Below are positions 10,977 through 21,771 of a stretch of 64,000 bases of DNA, in pieces. This stretch comes from Nitrospirota bacterium. Lineage in GTDB: Bacteria; Nitrospirota; UBA9217. The stretch covers positions 1,600,001-1,664,000 of the forward strand of contig CAWFSF010000006.1 of assembly GCA_963818475.1 (NCBI GenBank), written 5' to 3'. Within the stretch, counting starts at the first letter, position 1. The number at the start of each line of letters is the position of its first letter. Under the pieces are notes generated by a model. That model searched no databases. It saw nothing but the letters and a program-made list of their open reading frames with translations, and had not been told where the DNA came from. Position numbers and translations under genes: made by a program.

Positions 10977-12200
10977 TTATCTCCTGTACACCAGCGCTGC
11001 ATTGATCCCGCCGAAAGCGAAGCCGTTTTTTAAAACGGTCCGCACCTGCTTTTTAAGCGGCTCCATGACGTGCTGTATCCCTTCGCACTCCGGGCTGACG
11101 TTCTCCAGGTTCAGCGTGGGATAGATCACCCCCTGCTCCATCATCGAAAGCGACGCCGCCAGCTCAATTGCGCCCGACGCGCCGAGCGTATGGCCGATAT
11201 ATCCCTTCAGGCTGCTGACGGGCACCGTTGCCCCGAACACTTCGCGGATCGCCTCGGCTTCCTCCTGGTCTCCCTGGATGGTCGCTGTGGCATGGGCGCT
11301 GACATAATCGATCGAATCCGATTTCATACCGGTCTCACCCAGCGCCTGCTGCATGCAGGACACCATGGATTCCCTGTTCGACTGGCTTACGTGGAGTCCG
11401 TTCGCGGTCGTGCTGTAGCCGATGATCTCGGCATAGATCTTTGCGTTCCGCTTGATTGCCCGGTCGTAGTCCTCGAGCACGACCAGCCCGCTCCCCTCGC
11501 CGCAGACCAGTCCGTCCCGGTCCCGGTCAAAGGGCCGCGGCGTCTCTTGCGGCCTGTCGTTATATTTCGTCGAGGTCGCGAACAGGATGTCAAAGGACCC
11601 GGTCACCGTGGGATGCAGTTCCTCCGCACCGCCGCAGAGGAGAACGTCCTGCCTCCCGAGCCTGATCAGATCGTAGCCCGTGCCGATGGCATGGAGTGCA
11701 GATGCGCATGCCGCTGCCGGCGCCATGACCGTGCCGTTCAATCCCAGGTACTGGGCCACGTTCACCGCGGCCGTGTGCGACATGCACTGAAAGAACATGG
11801 TCGAGTTCAGGCGGCTCAGGTCCTTGTCGGGCAGCATGGTCTCGAACGTATCGTTAATGCTTTTGGCGCTGCCCATGGTCGAACCAATTACGCAGCCGAC
11901 CTTCCCGGGGTCCTCATCGGCAAGAACAATGCCCGCATCAGCGATCGCCTCGTCAGCGGCCTGCGCGGCGAAGATACTCATGCGTCCCATGGAGCGACGC
12001 TTCTGGCGAGGGATGCGCTTTTCGTCCTGGATCGTAACCGGTGCTGCCACCAGACTGTGCAGGCCGATGTACTGCTCCCATCCTTCCATGCGCCGCACCG
12101 CGCTCCGGCCTTCCTCAATGCCCTTCATGAGAGCAGCCAGGCCGTTACCGAAGGGAGACACCACGCCGACACCGGTTATGACAACGCGCTTCAATGACAT
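10977..12200 (-). CDS. Beta-ketoacyl-ACP synthase (FabF/FabB family)
   Basis: AAACASA, SAHATAT, SLKGYIGHTLGASG, FAFGG motifs. Confidence 0.95.
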   Translation of the reverse strand: MSLKRVVITGVGVVSPFGNGLAALMKGIEEGRSAVRRMEGWEQYIGLHSLVAAPVTIQDEKRIPRQKRRSMGRMSIFAAQAADEAIADAGIVLADEDPGKVGCVIGSTMGSAKSINDTFETMLPDKDLSRLNSTMFFQCMSHTAAVNVAQYLGLNGTVMAPAAACASALHAIGTGYDLIRLGRQDVLLCGGAEELHPTVTGSFDILFATSTKYNDRPQETPRPFDRDRDGLVCGEGSGLVVLEDYDRAIKRNAKIYAEIIGYSTTANGLHVSQSNRESMVSCMQQALGETGMKSDSIDYVSAHATATIQGDQEEAEAIREVFGATVPVSSLKGYIGHTLGASGAIELAASLSMMEQGVIYPTLNLENVSPECEGIQHVMEPLKKQVRTVLKNGFAFGGINAALVYRR

Positions 12201-13691
12201 GGCGCCTGATTCAGCATTTTGCCGAACTGCTCCTTGCCGACAACGACGCGACCGACAATGAGTGAGGACATCATGGCACCGATGATCCCCGGCAACAACG
12301 CGCTCTGTCCCGCAGCATAGAGGTTGTGCAGCGATAGCTTGCCGACCAGATTGAACTGGCCCATCTTCTGTTTCACTCCGTAGGCGCTGCCGTCGGGGCT
12401 ATTCAGGTAATCTTTTGCCGTAAGCAGGGACCCCGCCTCGATAAAATCAAGGCTCTCGCGGTAAGCCGGAAAAACACTGAAGATGTGTTCCTTGATCGCT
12501 TCGATCCGCGTCTTCTTGTAATCGAGATACTCCTGGGGCCGCGTCCCCCTGCGGGAGCCGCTCCATGAGGAGACCTGTTCGGGAAATGAAGGTTCGAGGA
12601 TGCAGATCCCCTTGCCGGCATTGCCTTCGGGCTGGTCCTGCGACTTGATGATGACCAGAGCAGGCTGCCCTGTGTACTGCGGATCCAGCAGTTTGTTGAC
12701 GTCGGTGTCAGGGAACAGGGAAACGATCGTACCGCCGGGATAGGGGTCCTCGTTGCCTTTAAGCGACGCGAACACGAGAAAAAAATCCCGCCGAGGGCTC
12801 AAAGGACGATACGCGGTTCATGAACGCTTTGCTGAAATTTTTTTGCGGCAGGATTTTCACGATCTCCTTGGGATGGATCGTGAACACGCAGTTATCGGCA
12901 ACGATCTCCTCGCCGGTACTCAGTACGAAGCGGCCTACCTTGCTGTCATGAATATCCGCCAGTTCCGCGATCGTTGTGTTGCACCGGACCTCGACGTCAT
13001 ATTCCTTGAATTTTCGTTCAAAGGCCCGGATAAAAGCATCGCCGCCTCCTTTGACGCAGGCGATGGATTCATAGAAGCTCAAACACATCCGGCTATGGTT
13101 GGCAAAGGACATCTCGTCAGGCCGGACGCCGTAGCACATGGCGTAGCCCGACAGCAGGCCCCGCAGGAGTTCATTCGAGGTCAGCCCTTTCAGGACCGCG
13201 TCAAGGGAGACATAATCCTCGTCAAGACTGGGCGGCGCAATGGTATTTGCATGAAGGTTCAGGGAGGGCGTTCTGCTGCAGACTGACTGGACTTTGTCGA
13301 AATACCGGTCAATGGCGCCCGTTTCTGCCGGGAAATAGCCTTTGAATTGTTTTTTTATGTTTTCGACCCCACTGGGATGTTCGAACCGTTTTCCCTGCGA
13401 CTCGAAAATGAACTGATTCTCTGATGGACCGGACAGGAAGATCGGTTCAACGGCATCACGGATCCCGAGAATCGACAGGATCTCTGAGAGGATGCCGCCC
13501 TCCTGCAAACCGCCGGTGAAATGGAACCCCGTATCAAAGGAGACGCCGCGTCTGGAGAAGCGCGACAGGGAACCGCCGATGGTCGGGGCTTTTTCCAGCA
13601 GCATGACGCGGCGGCCGTTCATGGCAAGCAACAGCGTCATGGTCAAACCGCTGACCCCGCTCCCGACCACGATATCGTCATATTTTTTCAT
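12191..13691 (-). CDS. FAD-dependent oxidoreductase, phytoene desaturase/retinol saturase family (frameshift near 12785)
   Basis: MKKYDDIVVGSGVSGL (GxGxxG), FDTGFHFTG, C-terminal GSAYG...NLYAAGQS..PGIIGAMMS. Confidence 0.9.
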
Positions 13692-13747
13692 GAGCGTCAA
13701 CAACTCCTTAACGAAGAGCACATCCCCATCTCGGTCCGCGGCAACCG

Positions 13748-14485
13748 CTACATTGCCAGCCCGCCATTGATGCCGATCACCTGACCGTGGATATACATAT
13801 GCTCTTCCGTACACAGGAAGTTGACGACTGACGCCACATCGTCGGCACTGCCCACGCGATTCATCGGTATCAGGGGCAGTACCTGCTCCTTGGGTATTTT
13901 CTCGGTCATCTCGGTCGCGATGAAGCCGGGGGCGACCACATTCACCGCGATGTTCCTCTTGCCGACCTCGCGCGCCAGGGCCTTGGCGGCACCGATCAAT
14001 CCTGCCTTGGAAGCTGAATAATTTACCTGGCCTGCCTGTCCGATCTGTCCCGATGCGGAGGAAACGATGACGATGCGCCCCCGCTTCGCCTTCAGCATGG
14101 CAAAGACCACAGCGCGGCCAACGTTGAAAAAACCATCGAGGTTCGTAGAGAGGACCGACTTCCACTCGTCCCTGGTCATCCACATCAGGAGATTGTCACG
14201 CGAGATGCCGGAATTATACACGAACACATCGGGAGACACGGTCTCAAGCCTTGTGCTTAATGCGGCCTCGGTCTCATCATAACTGGAAACATCGAAGGGG
14301 ATCAGGTCGCAGGCCCTTCCCAGCGCATCGATCTCCGCTTTTACTTTTTGTGCGGCCTCATGGTTCCCTTTATAGGTAAGCCATATATTAAAACCGGATG
14401 CTGCCAGCCGCAGTGCTATGGCACGGCCTATTCCCCTGCTGCCTCCGACTACGAGTGCAGTTTTGTTTGCATTATTTTTTGTCAT
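13748..14485 (-). CDS. fabG: 3-oxoacyl-ACP reductase (FabG-like SDR)
   Basis: VGGSRGIG, NSGI, GQVNYSASKAG (YxxxK), VAPGFI. Confidence 0.9.
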   Translation of the reverse strand: MTKNNANKTALVVGGSRGIGRAIALRLAASGFNIWLTYKGNHEAAQKVKAEIDALGRACDLIPFDVSSYDETEAALSTRLETVSPDVFVYNSGISRDNLLMWMTRDEWKSVLSTNLDGFFNVGRAVVFAMLKAKRGRIVIVSSASGQIGQAGQVNYSASKAGLIGAAKALAREVGKRNIAVNVVAPGFIATEMTEKIPKEQVLPLIPMNRVGSADDVASVVNFLCTEEHMYIHGQVIGINGGLAM

Positions 14486-14900
14486 AAAAAGCAGGTCTTC
14501 GGACTTTCCATTATTGCAGCCGCGTAGCCGCAACCATTTTTAAACAGCGTGATTTGTCCTTGTCCATTCTCAGGAAAACCTGATGCAAACTGCATCCGAC
14601 CATGATACAAAAGATAGGCTAACTGTTTATATTTAAAGACATTTTACTAGCGCTCGGAAGTTATGAATAGTACACCATAGTTATAAGGCTGTCAAGACTT
14701 TTCCTGTACAACACCCACCGGGCTTATACAGGCTGTCCCGAACAGTTCTTCGATCAGGGATGGTATAAGAGAAAGCTTTTCCTTCTGTCGTCGGCGAAGT
14801 TTTTTTTGACGTACTGACGATCGATCATGGCAGGTGTCGCAAAACTGGCAGAATGGTCATCGAAGGCACTGAAGGGCGGATTCGGACAAACAAAAATCGC

Positions 14901-14930
14901 TTGACAATCAACCCCCCCTTCTGTTATTTT
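14901..14930 (+). promoter_or_regulatory. Sigma70-type promoter of tRNA-Phe
   Basis: TTGACA at 14901, 18-bp spacer, TGnTATTTT extended -10. Confidence 0.5.
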
Positions 14931-14958
14931 AGCCACCTACAAAGTCACCGTTCAAGAT

Positions 14959-15034
14959 GCCGAGGTAGCTCAGTTGGTAGAGCAGAGGCCTGAAAAGCCT
15001 CGTGTCCGCAGTTCAATTCTGCGCCTCGGCACCA
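14959..15034 (+). tRNA. tRNA-Phe(GAA)
   Basis: 76-nt cloverleaf: acceptor GCCGAGG/CCTCGGC, anticodon arm GAGGC-CTGAAAA-GCCTC, T-loop TTCAATT, encoded CCA. Confidence 0.98.
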
Positions 15035-15157
15035 TTTCTCTTTCCTCACCATCCTCCTGCAGAACCGCTCTCGTTTCGACGTACATGCACATCCGATCCC
15101 AGGTCCCTCCTGATGCAATTTTCGTTGATCACAAACCAGACCGGAAGGCGCGGAAAC

Positions 15158-15187
15158 AAAAAAGGTCCCGCTCATCGCGGGACCTTT
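15158..15187 (-). terminator. Intrinsic terminator after purF (possibly bidirectional)
   Basis: AAAGGTCCCGC-tcatc-GCGGGACCTTT hairpin with an A-run on the left. Confidence 0.8.
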
Positions 15188-15220
15188 CGGCTGCATACAG
15201 AAGAACACTGCCTGCAGAAT

Positions 15221-16618
15221 CTATTCCTTGTCGAACAGTCCCAGCTGGGTCATCTTTTCCCCGGGGAAAGGAACCGGATAGGTACCGTCAAAACAGGCTG
15301 AGCAATAGTTCATGGGCTGCTGTACAACCTTCTGGATGCCGTCCATGCTGATATAGCCAAGCGTATCTGCGGTGATATACTTCCTGATCTCCTCGATGCT
15401 GTGTGTTGAGGCGATAAGCTCCTGCCGTGTCGGCATATCGATGCCGTAGAAGCAGGGATAGGAGGTCGGCGGCGAACTGATGCGCATATGCACTTCTGCA
15501 GCGCCTGCGTTCCGGATCATCTTGATGATCTTTTTGCTGGTCGTGCCGCGCACGATGGAATCATCGACCACCACTACGCGCTTGCCCTTGAGCGCATCCC
15601 TGACCGGATTCAGTTTGATCTTGACGCCGAAGTGCCTGATGCTCTGCTGCGGCTCGATAAAGGTCCTGCCCACGTAATGGTTCCTGATCAAACCGAAGTC
15701 AAAGGGGATTCCCGCCTCTTCGGCATATCCCAGTGCGGCAGGTACGCCGGAGTCGGGAACCGCGATCACCACGTCTGCCTCGATCCCGGTCTCGCGTGCC
15801 AACTGCTTGCCGAAGGCCTTCCTGATGGTGTACACGTTCTGGCCGAAGACCATGCTGTCGGGCCGTGCAAAATAGATGAACTCGAAGATGCAATGGGAAG
15901 GTTCCGCCGGTTTGAGCGGAAAGGACGACTTGATGCCGTGGCTGTTGATGACGACCATCTCTCCCGGGGCGATGTCACGGATATAGGTGGCCTCGATCAG
16001 GTCGAAGGCGCAGGTCTCGGATGCAACTACATACGCCCCGTCAAGTTCGCCAAGCGAGAGCGGCCTGAAACCGTTGGGATCGCGAATGGCGATCAACTCG
16101 TCTTCCGTCATGATGAGCAGGCTGTAGGATCCCTGAACATGGCTCAACGCGTCGACGATCCGCTCGTGCAGTGTGGCCATGCGGGACTGGGCGATCAGAT
16201 GCACGATCACCTCGGTGTCCGCGGTGGTCACGAAGATCGATCCATAGGCCTCAAGCTCGTCCTTCAACAGCCCGGCATTCACGAGGTTCCCGTTGTGAGC
16301 CACTGCCAGGCCGCCCAGCGCGAAATTTACCAGGATCGGCTGGATATTGAAAGCAAAGCTTCCCCCGGCGGTGGAATAGCGGTTATGCCCGATGGCCATG
16401 TGCCCGGGAAGCTTCTTGATCCGTGCTTCGTTGAAGATGTCGGCCACGAGGCCCATGGCCTTCTCGCCGTACAGTCGTTTACCGTCCGACGAAACGATGC
16501 CTGCCGACTCCTGGCCCCGGTGCTGGAGCGAATAGAGCCCCAGATAGGTAAGATTGGCCGCATCGGGATGGCCGAATATACCAAAAACACCGCATTCTTC
16601 GTGGAGTTTGTCAAACAT
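15221..16618 (-). CDS. purF: Amidophosphoribosyltransferase
   Basis: Propeptide MFDKLHEE then [24 protein letters not shown], Fe-S Cys motifs (CFYG, CSACF). Confidence 0.98.
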   Translation of the reverse strand: MFDKLHEECGVFGIFGHPDAANLTYLGLYSLQHRGQESAGIVSSDGKRLYGEKAMGLVADIFNEARIKKLPGHMAIGHNRYSTAGGSFAFNIQPILVNFALGGLAVAHNGNLVNAGLLKDELEAYGSIFVTTADTEVIVHLIAQSRMATLHERIVDALSHVQGSYSLLIMTEDELIAIRDPNGFRPLSLGELDGAYVVASETCAFDLIEATYIRDIAPGEMVVINSHGIKSSFPLKPAEPSHCIFEFIYFARPDSMVFGQNVYTIRKAFGKQLARETGIEADVVIAVPDSGVPAALGYAEEAGIPFDFGLIRNHYVGRTFIEPQQSIRHFGVKIKLNPVRDALKGKRVVVVDDSIVRGTTSKKIIKMIRNAGAAEVHMRISSPPTSYPCFYGIDMPTRQELIASTHSIEEIRKYITADTLGYISMDGIQKVVQQPMNYCSACFDGTYPVPFPGEKMTQLGLFDKE

Positions 16619-16635
16619 AGTTACATCCTTATTGC

Positions 16636-16714
16636 GATGCAGGATGCACGATACCGGATGCACGGAAAAGCCGTCATCATGCATCATGCATCATGGATCA
16701 TGGATCATGGATCA
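16636..16714. repeat. Heptamer-based inverted intergenic repeat (GATGCAx ... TCATGCA/TCATGGA)
   Basis: gatgcag gatgcac ... tcatgca tcatgca tcatgga tcatgga tcatgga between purB and purF. Confidence 0.75.
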
Positions 16715-18016
16715 TTTTGATTTTTTCTTAAAGACCCTTTTAAAAATATAATCCACCTTTTTAAGCGTATGCTTCAGGTCGAAACACGAATCTAGTTCTT
16801 TGCTGCTCAAGTAGGAGCGTACATCCTTGTCCTTGTTCAGGAGCTCTTTGAAATCCCCGCCCTCTTTCCAGACCGTCATGGCGTTCCGCTGAACATAGGA
16901 GTAGGCCGTCTCGCGCGCGATTCCCTTGGCTACGAGCGCCAGCATCACGGTCTCTGAATGGAAGAGTCCCTTGGAGATGGCCATGTTCCGCTCCATGTTC
17001 TTCGGATACACGAACAAGCGGTCCACCAGCTTGTTGAACCGGGCGAGCATATAGTCGATGAGAATGGTACTGTCAGGGATGATGATTCGCTCGACCGAGG
17101 AGTGTGAGATGTCCCGCTCGTGCCAGAGCGCCACGTTCTCCATGGCTGCGAGCGAGTTGCCGCGGATGACGCGGGCAAGGCCGGAGAGGTTCTCGGCCGA
17201 GATGGGGTTCCGCTTATGCGGCATGGCGGACGACCCCTTCTGCCCTTCGGAGAAGTATTCTTCGGCCTCAAGCACTTCGGTGCGCTGCAGATGGCGGAGT
17301 TCAATGGAGAATTTCTCGATGGAGGAGGCGATCAACGCAAGCGCTGAAAGAAATTCGGCGTGGCGGTCACGCTGCACCACCTGCGTGGCCACCGGCTCGG
17401 GAACAAGACCCAGTTTGCGGCAGACATAGGTTTCCACCGAGGGATCGATGTTCGCGAAGGTGCCGACCGCTCCCGACACCTTGCCCACGCTGATGACGTC
17501 ACGGGCCCTGACCATCCGGTCGAGCGCCCTTCCCATTTCCTCGTACCAAAGCGCCATCTTGAGGCCGAACGTGACCGGCTCGGCGTGGATTCCGTGCGAA
17601 CGACCGATCATCACCGTATCCTTGTAGCGGAGCGCCTGTTTTCTGAGCGTTTTCATGACCGTGCGGATATCGTCGATGATGATGTCAGAAGCCTTGCGCA
17701 TGAGCATGGCGAGCGACGTATCGAGCACGTCCGACGACGTCAGCCCCAAGTGGATATAGCGCGACTCGGGTCCGACCTGTTCGCCCACGGCCGTCAGGAA
17801 AGCGATCACATCGTGCTTGACGATCTTTTCAAGAGCGTCGATCCGCTTGACCTTGAAGTCCGCCTTTTTTTTGATCGTGGCAAGCGCCTTGGCAGGGATC
17901 AACCCCAGTTTGGCGTTCGCTTCGCATGCCAGGATCTCGACCTCGAGCCATGCGCGGTATCTGTTTTCGGGTTCCCAGAGACCGGACATTTCCGGCCTGC
18001 TGTAGCGAGGGATCAT
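16712..18016 (-). CDS. purB: Adenylosuccinate lyase
   Basis: MIPRYSR, HLGLTSSD, GRSHGIHAEP, GSSAMPHKRNP. Confidence 0.98.
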   Translation of the reverse strand: MIPRYSRPEMSGLWEPENRYRAWLEVEILACEANAKLGLIPAKALATIKKKADFKVKRIDALEKIVKHDVIAFLTAVGEQVGPESRYIHLGLTSSDVLDTSLAMLMRKASDIIIDDIRTVMKTLRKQALRYKDTVMIGRSHGIHAEPVTFGLKMALWYEEMGRALDRMVRARDVISVGKVSGAVGTFANIDPSVETYVCRKLGLVPEPVATQVVQRDRHAEFLSALALIASSIEKFSIELRHLQRTEVLEAEEYFSEGQKGSSAMPHKRNPISAENLSGLARVIRGNSLAAMENVALWHERDISHSSVERIIIPDSTILIDYMLARFNKLVDRLFVYPKNMERNMAISKGLFHSETVMLALVAKGIARETAYSYVQRNAMTVWKEGGDFKELLNKDKDVRSYLSSKELDSCFDLKHTLKKVDYIFKRVFKKKSK

Positions 18017-18087
18017 GCTGTTGTTTCTCCTGAGTTATTCATGAGGATTATTGCAATGGCGACCATCCATCGGTGGAACGGTCACGA

Positions 18088-18576
18088 TCATGCGGTTATC
18101 AATCGGGATATCTTTTCATATGAAGCGGCATCAGGCGCAAGCAGCGAGATCTCGATCGAATGCCCTTGGGAACCGTCAGCCAGTCCCTGCCGGAGCGCGC
18201 TCACGGCTGATTCTGTCGATAGTTCAGACATTACAAGATACTCGAGCGCCGCAGCGGTCACGCCGGCGCCCACTGCCGCAGCTGCAGCCGACCGCGCCGA
18301 TTCCTGCAAGGTGTCAGGAGAAACGCTTTCCCGGGGGCCGAGGCCGAGCATGAATATCTTTGAGGCCGGCACCTTGCCCCGCGACGTCAAGAGCGCCAGT
18401 TCACCAAGGGCGCCGCGCAGCTTGTTCTTAATGATCAGGGAAGACAGAGAGCCGCAGAGCAGCCAGTCCAGTTCGCCGGCAAGTCCCTTGAGCGGCCGGA
18501 CATCCTCGAAAAAACCAACGATCAGTGCTCCGGTCTCAAGCTTTTTTATATCCTGCAAAATGACCTTGATTCCCAA
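18088..18576 (-). CDS. Stand-alone peptidase M17 (leucyl aminopeptidase) N-terminal-domain protein
   Basis: GFFEDVRPLKGLAGELDWLLCG.LS...G..GE..L...LGLG pattern; no catalytic domain. Confidence 0.7.
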   Translation of the reverse strand: MGIKVILQDIKKLETGALIVGFFEDVRPLKGLAGELDWLLCGSLSSLIIKNKLRGALGELALLTSRGKVPASKIFMLGLGPRESVSPDTLQESARSAAAAAVGAGVTAAALEYLVMSELSTESAVSALRQGLADGSQGHSIEISLLAPDAASYEKISRLITA

Positions 18577-18595
18577 ACCGGGCCTTCCTCGCCTG

Positions 18596-19027
18596 CTAGT
18601 CTTCGATCTTTCCCTCGTCCAGCTTGCCGACCATTCTCGCCACGCTGTCGAGGATGCCGTTCACAAAAGAGCCGGAATCGTCGGTGCCGAACTTTTTGGC
18701 GATCTCGATCGCTTCATTGATGGTCACGCTCGTGGGGATATCTGCCCGGTAGAGGATCTCATAGACCGCCATGCGAAGCACATTGCGGTCGACGGCGGCC
18801 ATGCGGTCGATGCTCCAGTTCTTTGCGCAGGCATGGATCTTCTCGTTGATGGCAGGCAAATGCTTATAGGTGCCCTTGATGATCTCTTCCGTAAAGGCCT
18901 GCACCTCGTCGTCGACTTCATGCTCCGCCCAGAAGCGTTTCAGGATCGTGGCCGTGGGTTTGTCTTTTCTGATGTCCAGCTGAAAGAGGATCTGGAGCGC
19001 ATACTCCCGTGCCTTGCGTCGTTTCAT
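18596..19027 (-). CDS. nusB: Transcription antitermination factor NusB
   Basis: MKRRKAREYALQ, VDRNVLR, INEAIEIAKKFG..SFVNGILD. Confidence 0.97.
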   Translation of the reverse strand: MKRRKAREYALQILFQLDIRKDKPTATILKRFWAEHEVDDEVQAFTEEIIKGTYKHLPAINEKIHACAKNWSIDRMAAVDRNVLRMAVYEILYRADIPTSVTINEAIEIAKKFGTDDSGSFVNGILDSVARMVGKLDEGKIED

Positions 19028-19071
19028 ACGCTTCCATCTGCCGAATGCTGTTCGTTCATACGCATCGGTCG

Positions 19072-19539
19072 TTACGCGATCTGCCGCATGAGGTTCGCCA
19101 TCTCGATCGCCGAAAGCGCCGCATCCCAGCCCTTGTTGCCGCTCTTGGTGCCTGCCCGTTCGATGGCCTGCTCGATCGTGTCCGTGGTCAGGACCCCGAA
19201 GATGACCGGCACGTTGGAATCCAGGGAGACCGACGCGATGCCCTTGCTGACCTCGGCGCTCACATATTCGAAATGCGGCGTAGCGCCACGGATCACCGCG
19301 CCCAGGCAAATGATCGCGTTGTACTTTTTCGATTGGGCAAGCATCTTGGCCGCAAGCGGTATCTCGTACGCCCCGGGCACCTTCACGATCTCAATATCGT
19401 TTTCTGCAGCTCCATGGCGCTGGAGCCCGTCAAGCGCTCCCTCGACCAGTCTGCCGGTGATAAAATCGTTGAAGCGCGCGGCGATGATGCCGAACTTGAG
19501 CCCCTGCGCCGTCACATTTCCCTGGATCGTCTTTGCCAT
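19072..19539 (-). CDS. ribH: 6,7-dimethyl-8-ribityllumazine synthase
   Basis: [29 protein letters not shown]. Confidence 0.98.
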   Translation of the reverse strand: MAKTIQGNVTAQGLKFGIIAARFNDFITGRLVEGALDGLQRHGAAENDIEIVKVPGAYEIPLAAKMLAQSKKYNAIICLGAVIRGATPHFEYVSAEVSKGIASVSLDSNVPVIFGVLTTDTIEQAIERAGTKSGNKGWDAALSAIEMANLMRQIA

Positions 19540-19552
19540 CAAACCCTCCGTA

Positions 19553-19694
19553 CAATTTCGGATTGCGGATTTCGGATTTCGGATTTTTTTCAACCCCAGT
19601 CCACAAACCGCATCATATTTGTCCATCCCTGAGCATGGTTTGCAGTTTTCGGCTTTGCCTTTTGAATCCGCAATCCGAAATCCGCAATCCGCAA
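19553..19694. repeat. Heptamer-based inverted intergenic repeat, family B (ATTTCGG/ATTGCGG ... CCGCAAT/CCGAAAT)
   Basis: Four units on each arm around a ~75-bp unique loop, between ribBA and ribH. Confidence 0.85.
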
Positions 19695-19699
19695 TGAGG

Positions 19700-20905
19700 T
19701 CACACTTTTTCCAGCATATGCCCGAGCTTGTCTTTCTTCACCTTGAGATACTTTATGTTCTTGGCATGCGGCGGGGTCTCGATCGGCATGCGGGCCACAA
19801 CGGTCAGGCCATAGCCTTCAAGGCCGACGATCTTTTTCGGATTGTTCGTCAGCAGCCTGATCTTGCGCACACCGATGTCGCGCAGGATCTGCGCGCCCAC
19901 GCCGTAATCCCTGAGGTCCGCTTTAAAACCGAGGGCCAGGTTGGCCTCGACCGTGTCCTTGCCCTTGTCCTGAAGCTCGTAGGCCTTCAGTTTTCCCTCG
20001 ATGCCGATGCCGCGCCCTTCCTGGCGCATGTAGAGGATGACGCCTTTGCCTTCCTTATCGATGATCTCCATGGCGTTGTGCAGCTGCTCGCCGCAGTCAC
20101 AGCGGAGCGAACCGAACACATCGCCCGTGAGACACTCGGAATGGACGCGGACAAGCACCTCGTCTTCAGGTTTGATCTCGCCCTTTACCAGCGCGATATG
20201 GTTCAGTTGGTCAATGTCGTTCGCATAGAGGATCGCGGTGAAATCGCTCCCGTGGCTGGTGGGCATCTTGGTCACCGCCACGCGCCGTACCAGCGATTCT
20301 TTTCTGACCCGGTAGGCGATGAGGTCCTTCACCGTAATGATCTTCAGGCCGAACTTCTTTGCGAACTCCATAAGATGCGGCACCCGCGACATGGTGCCGT
20401 CATCGTTCATGATCTCACAGATCACACCTGCCGGGTAGAGCCCGGCGAGCCGTGCCAGGTCCACCGAGCCCTCGGTCTGCCCGGTGCGCTGCAGCACGCC
20501 TCCCGGACGCGCCCTGAGCGGGAACACATGTCCCGGCCGTGCCAGGTCTTCCGGTCCCGACGCCGGATTGATGGCGGTCTTGATCGTTGTTGCCCGGTCA
20601 GCAGCGGAAATGCCGGTGGTCACGCCTTTTTTCGCCTCGATCGAGATGGTGAACGCCGTGCCGAAGGACGACGTATTGTCCGTCGTCATCATGGGCAGCT
20701 GCAGTTCTTCCACGCGCTCCGATGTCAGCGAGAGACAGATGAGGCCGCGGCCATGCGTGGCCATGAAGTTGATCGCTTCCGGCGTCACCGCCTCGGCGGC
20801 CATGGTAAGGTCGCCTTCGTTCTCCCGGTCCTCGTCATCCACGAGAATGACCATCTTGCCCTTTTTAATATCGTCCAGGGCCTCTTCAATCGTATTGAAC
20901 TTCAT
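19700..20905 (-). CDS. ribBA: Bifunctional DHBP synthase/GTP cyclohydrolase II
   Basis: [34 protein letters not shown]. Confidence 0.98.
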   Translation of the reverse strand: MKFNTIEEALDDIKKGKMVILVDDEDRENEGDLTMAAEAVTPEAINFMATHGRGLICLSLTSERVEELQLPMMTTDNTSSFGTAFTISIEAKKGVTTGISAADRATTIKTAINPASGPEDLARPGHVFPLRARPGGVLQRTGQTEGSVDLARLAGLYPAGVICEIMNDDGTMSRVPHLMEFAKKFGLKIITVKDLIAYRVRKESLVRRVAVTKMPTSHGSDFTAILYANDIDQLNHIALVKGEIKPEDEVLVRVHSECLTGDVFGSLRCDCGEQLHNAMEIIDKEGKGVILYMRQEGRGIGIEGKLKAYELQDKGKDTVEANLALGFKADLRDYGVGAQILRDIGVRKIRLLTNNPKKIVGLEGYGLTVVARMPIETPPHAKNIKYLKVKKDKLGHMLEKV

Positions 20906-20973
20906 GCTACCACCCTTCTTTCAGATACAAATTCAGCCTGCCCCGGTCGTTCGCCGTGACATTCCGAACTGTG

Positions 20974-21612
20974 TTATGCAAATCCGTTCTTCTGCAGCAG
21001 CTCCAGGCTGACGCCGCCTTCAATCCTTCCGGCAAGCAGCTTTTCAACATATTTCCCGATAAGGTCCGTTTCGAGGTTCACGCTGTCGCCGGCATGCTTT
21101 GACCCCAGCGTCGTCAACTTGGCCGTATGGGGTATCATGGCGATGGAAAATCCCGAAGCATCAACGTCGGCAACGGTCAGACTGATGCCGTCTATGGCAA
21201 CGGAGCCTTTTTTTATGATGTACCGGAGTGCCGGTGCAGGAGTATCGATGGTAATACGCCAGGAGTTGCCTTCCTGTTTCTTTGCCCTGATGCGTCCGAC
21301 GGCATCCACATGCCCCGAGACCAGGTGTCCGCCGATCCGCGCCGAGAGCTGCAAAGCGCGTTCAAGGTTCACCTGCTGCCCCACGCTGAGATCGCCCAGG
21401 TTCGTAACTTTCAGGGTCTCCAGGGCCACGTCTGCGGAGAACTCGGCCTTCCCCATCTCCACGACGGTAAGGCAGACGCCATTCACGCTGATGCTGTCGC
21501 CCAGCACGGTGCCGCCGAGAACCAGGGATGCGGACACGGTCAGACGGGCCGCTCCTGCGTCACGGCGGAGCGCCTTGACGCTCCCCAATTCTTCCACAAT
21601 GCCGGTAAACAT
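20974..21612 (-). CDS. ribE: Riboflavin synthase alpha chain
   Basis: [29 protein letters not shown]. Confidence 0.98.
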   Translation of the reverse strand: MFTGIVEELGSVKALRRDAGAARLTVSASLVLGGTVLGDSISVNGVCLTVVEMGKAEFSADVALETLKVTNLGDLSVGQQVNLERALQLSARIGGHLVSGHVDAVGRIRAKKQEGNSWRITIDTPAPALRYIIKKGSVAIDGISLTVADVDASGFSIAMIPHTAKLTTLGSKHAGDSVNLETDLIGKYVEKLLAGRIEGGVSLELLQKNGFA

Positions 21613-21625
21613 CCCAATCCTCTGA

Positions 21626-21768
21626 TAAATCCAAATCCCAAATTACAAATCTCAAATCCCAAATAAGCACCAAATTACAAGTTCCCAGTAACTCAAACTG
21701 TTTGGTGCCTGTCTTTTGGTAATTGAAATTTATTTGTAATTTGGTGCTTGTGTTTTGGTGCTTGTTTC
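21626..21768. repeat. Family A heptamer inverted repeat, second copy
   Basis: Shares caaatcccaaataagcaccaaat, tcaaactgtttggtgc and aatttatttgtaatttggtgcttg with 10830-10976. Confidence 0.85.
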
Positions 21769-21771
21769 AAC

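Noticed and set aside
12759-14183. Long N-terminal extension on the oxidoreductase ORF
   Set aside because: Off-frame read through fabG; the real start is MKKYDD at 13691
14515-14600. Possible sigma54 promoter (GG-N10-GC) and GATGCA-aac-TGCATC palindrome upstream of fabG
   Set aside because: Poor match to TGGCACG-N4-TTGC and a short palindrome; could be chance
14959-15034. tRNA-Phe as integration site for the lipid cluster
   Set aside because: The cluster is 5' of the tRNA; no duplicated 3' end or integrase seen
17360-20959. 1,199-aa plus-strand ORF
   Set aside because: Antisense shadow of purB, nusB, ribH and ribBA; no recognisable motifs; expected in GC-rich DNA
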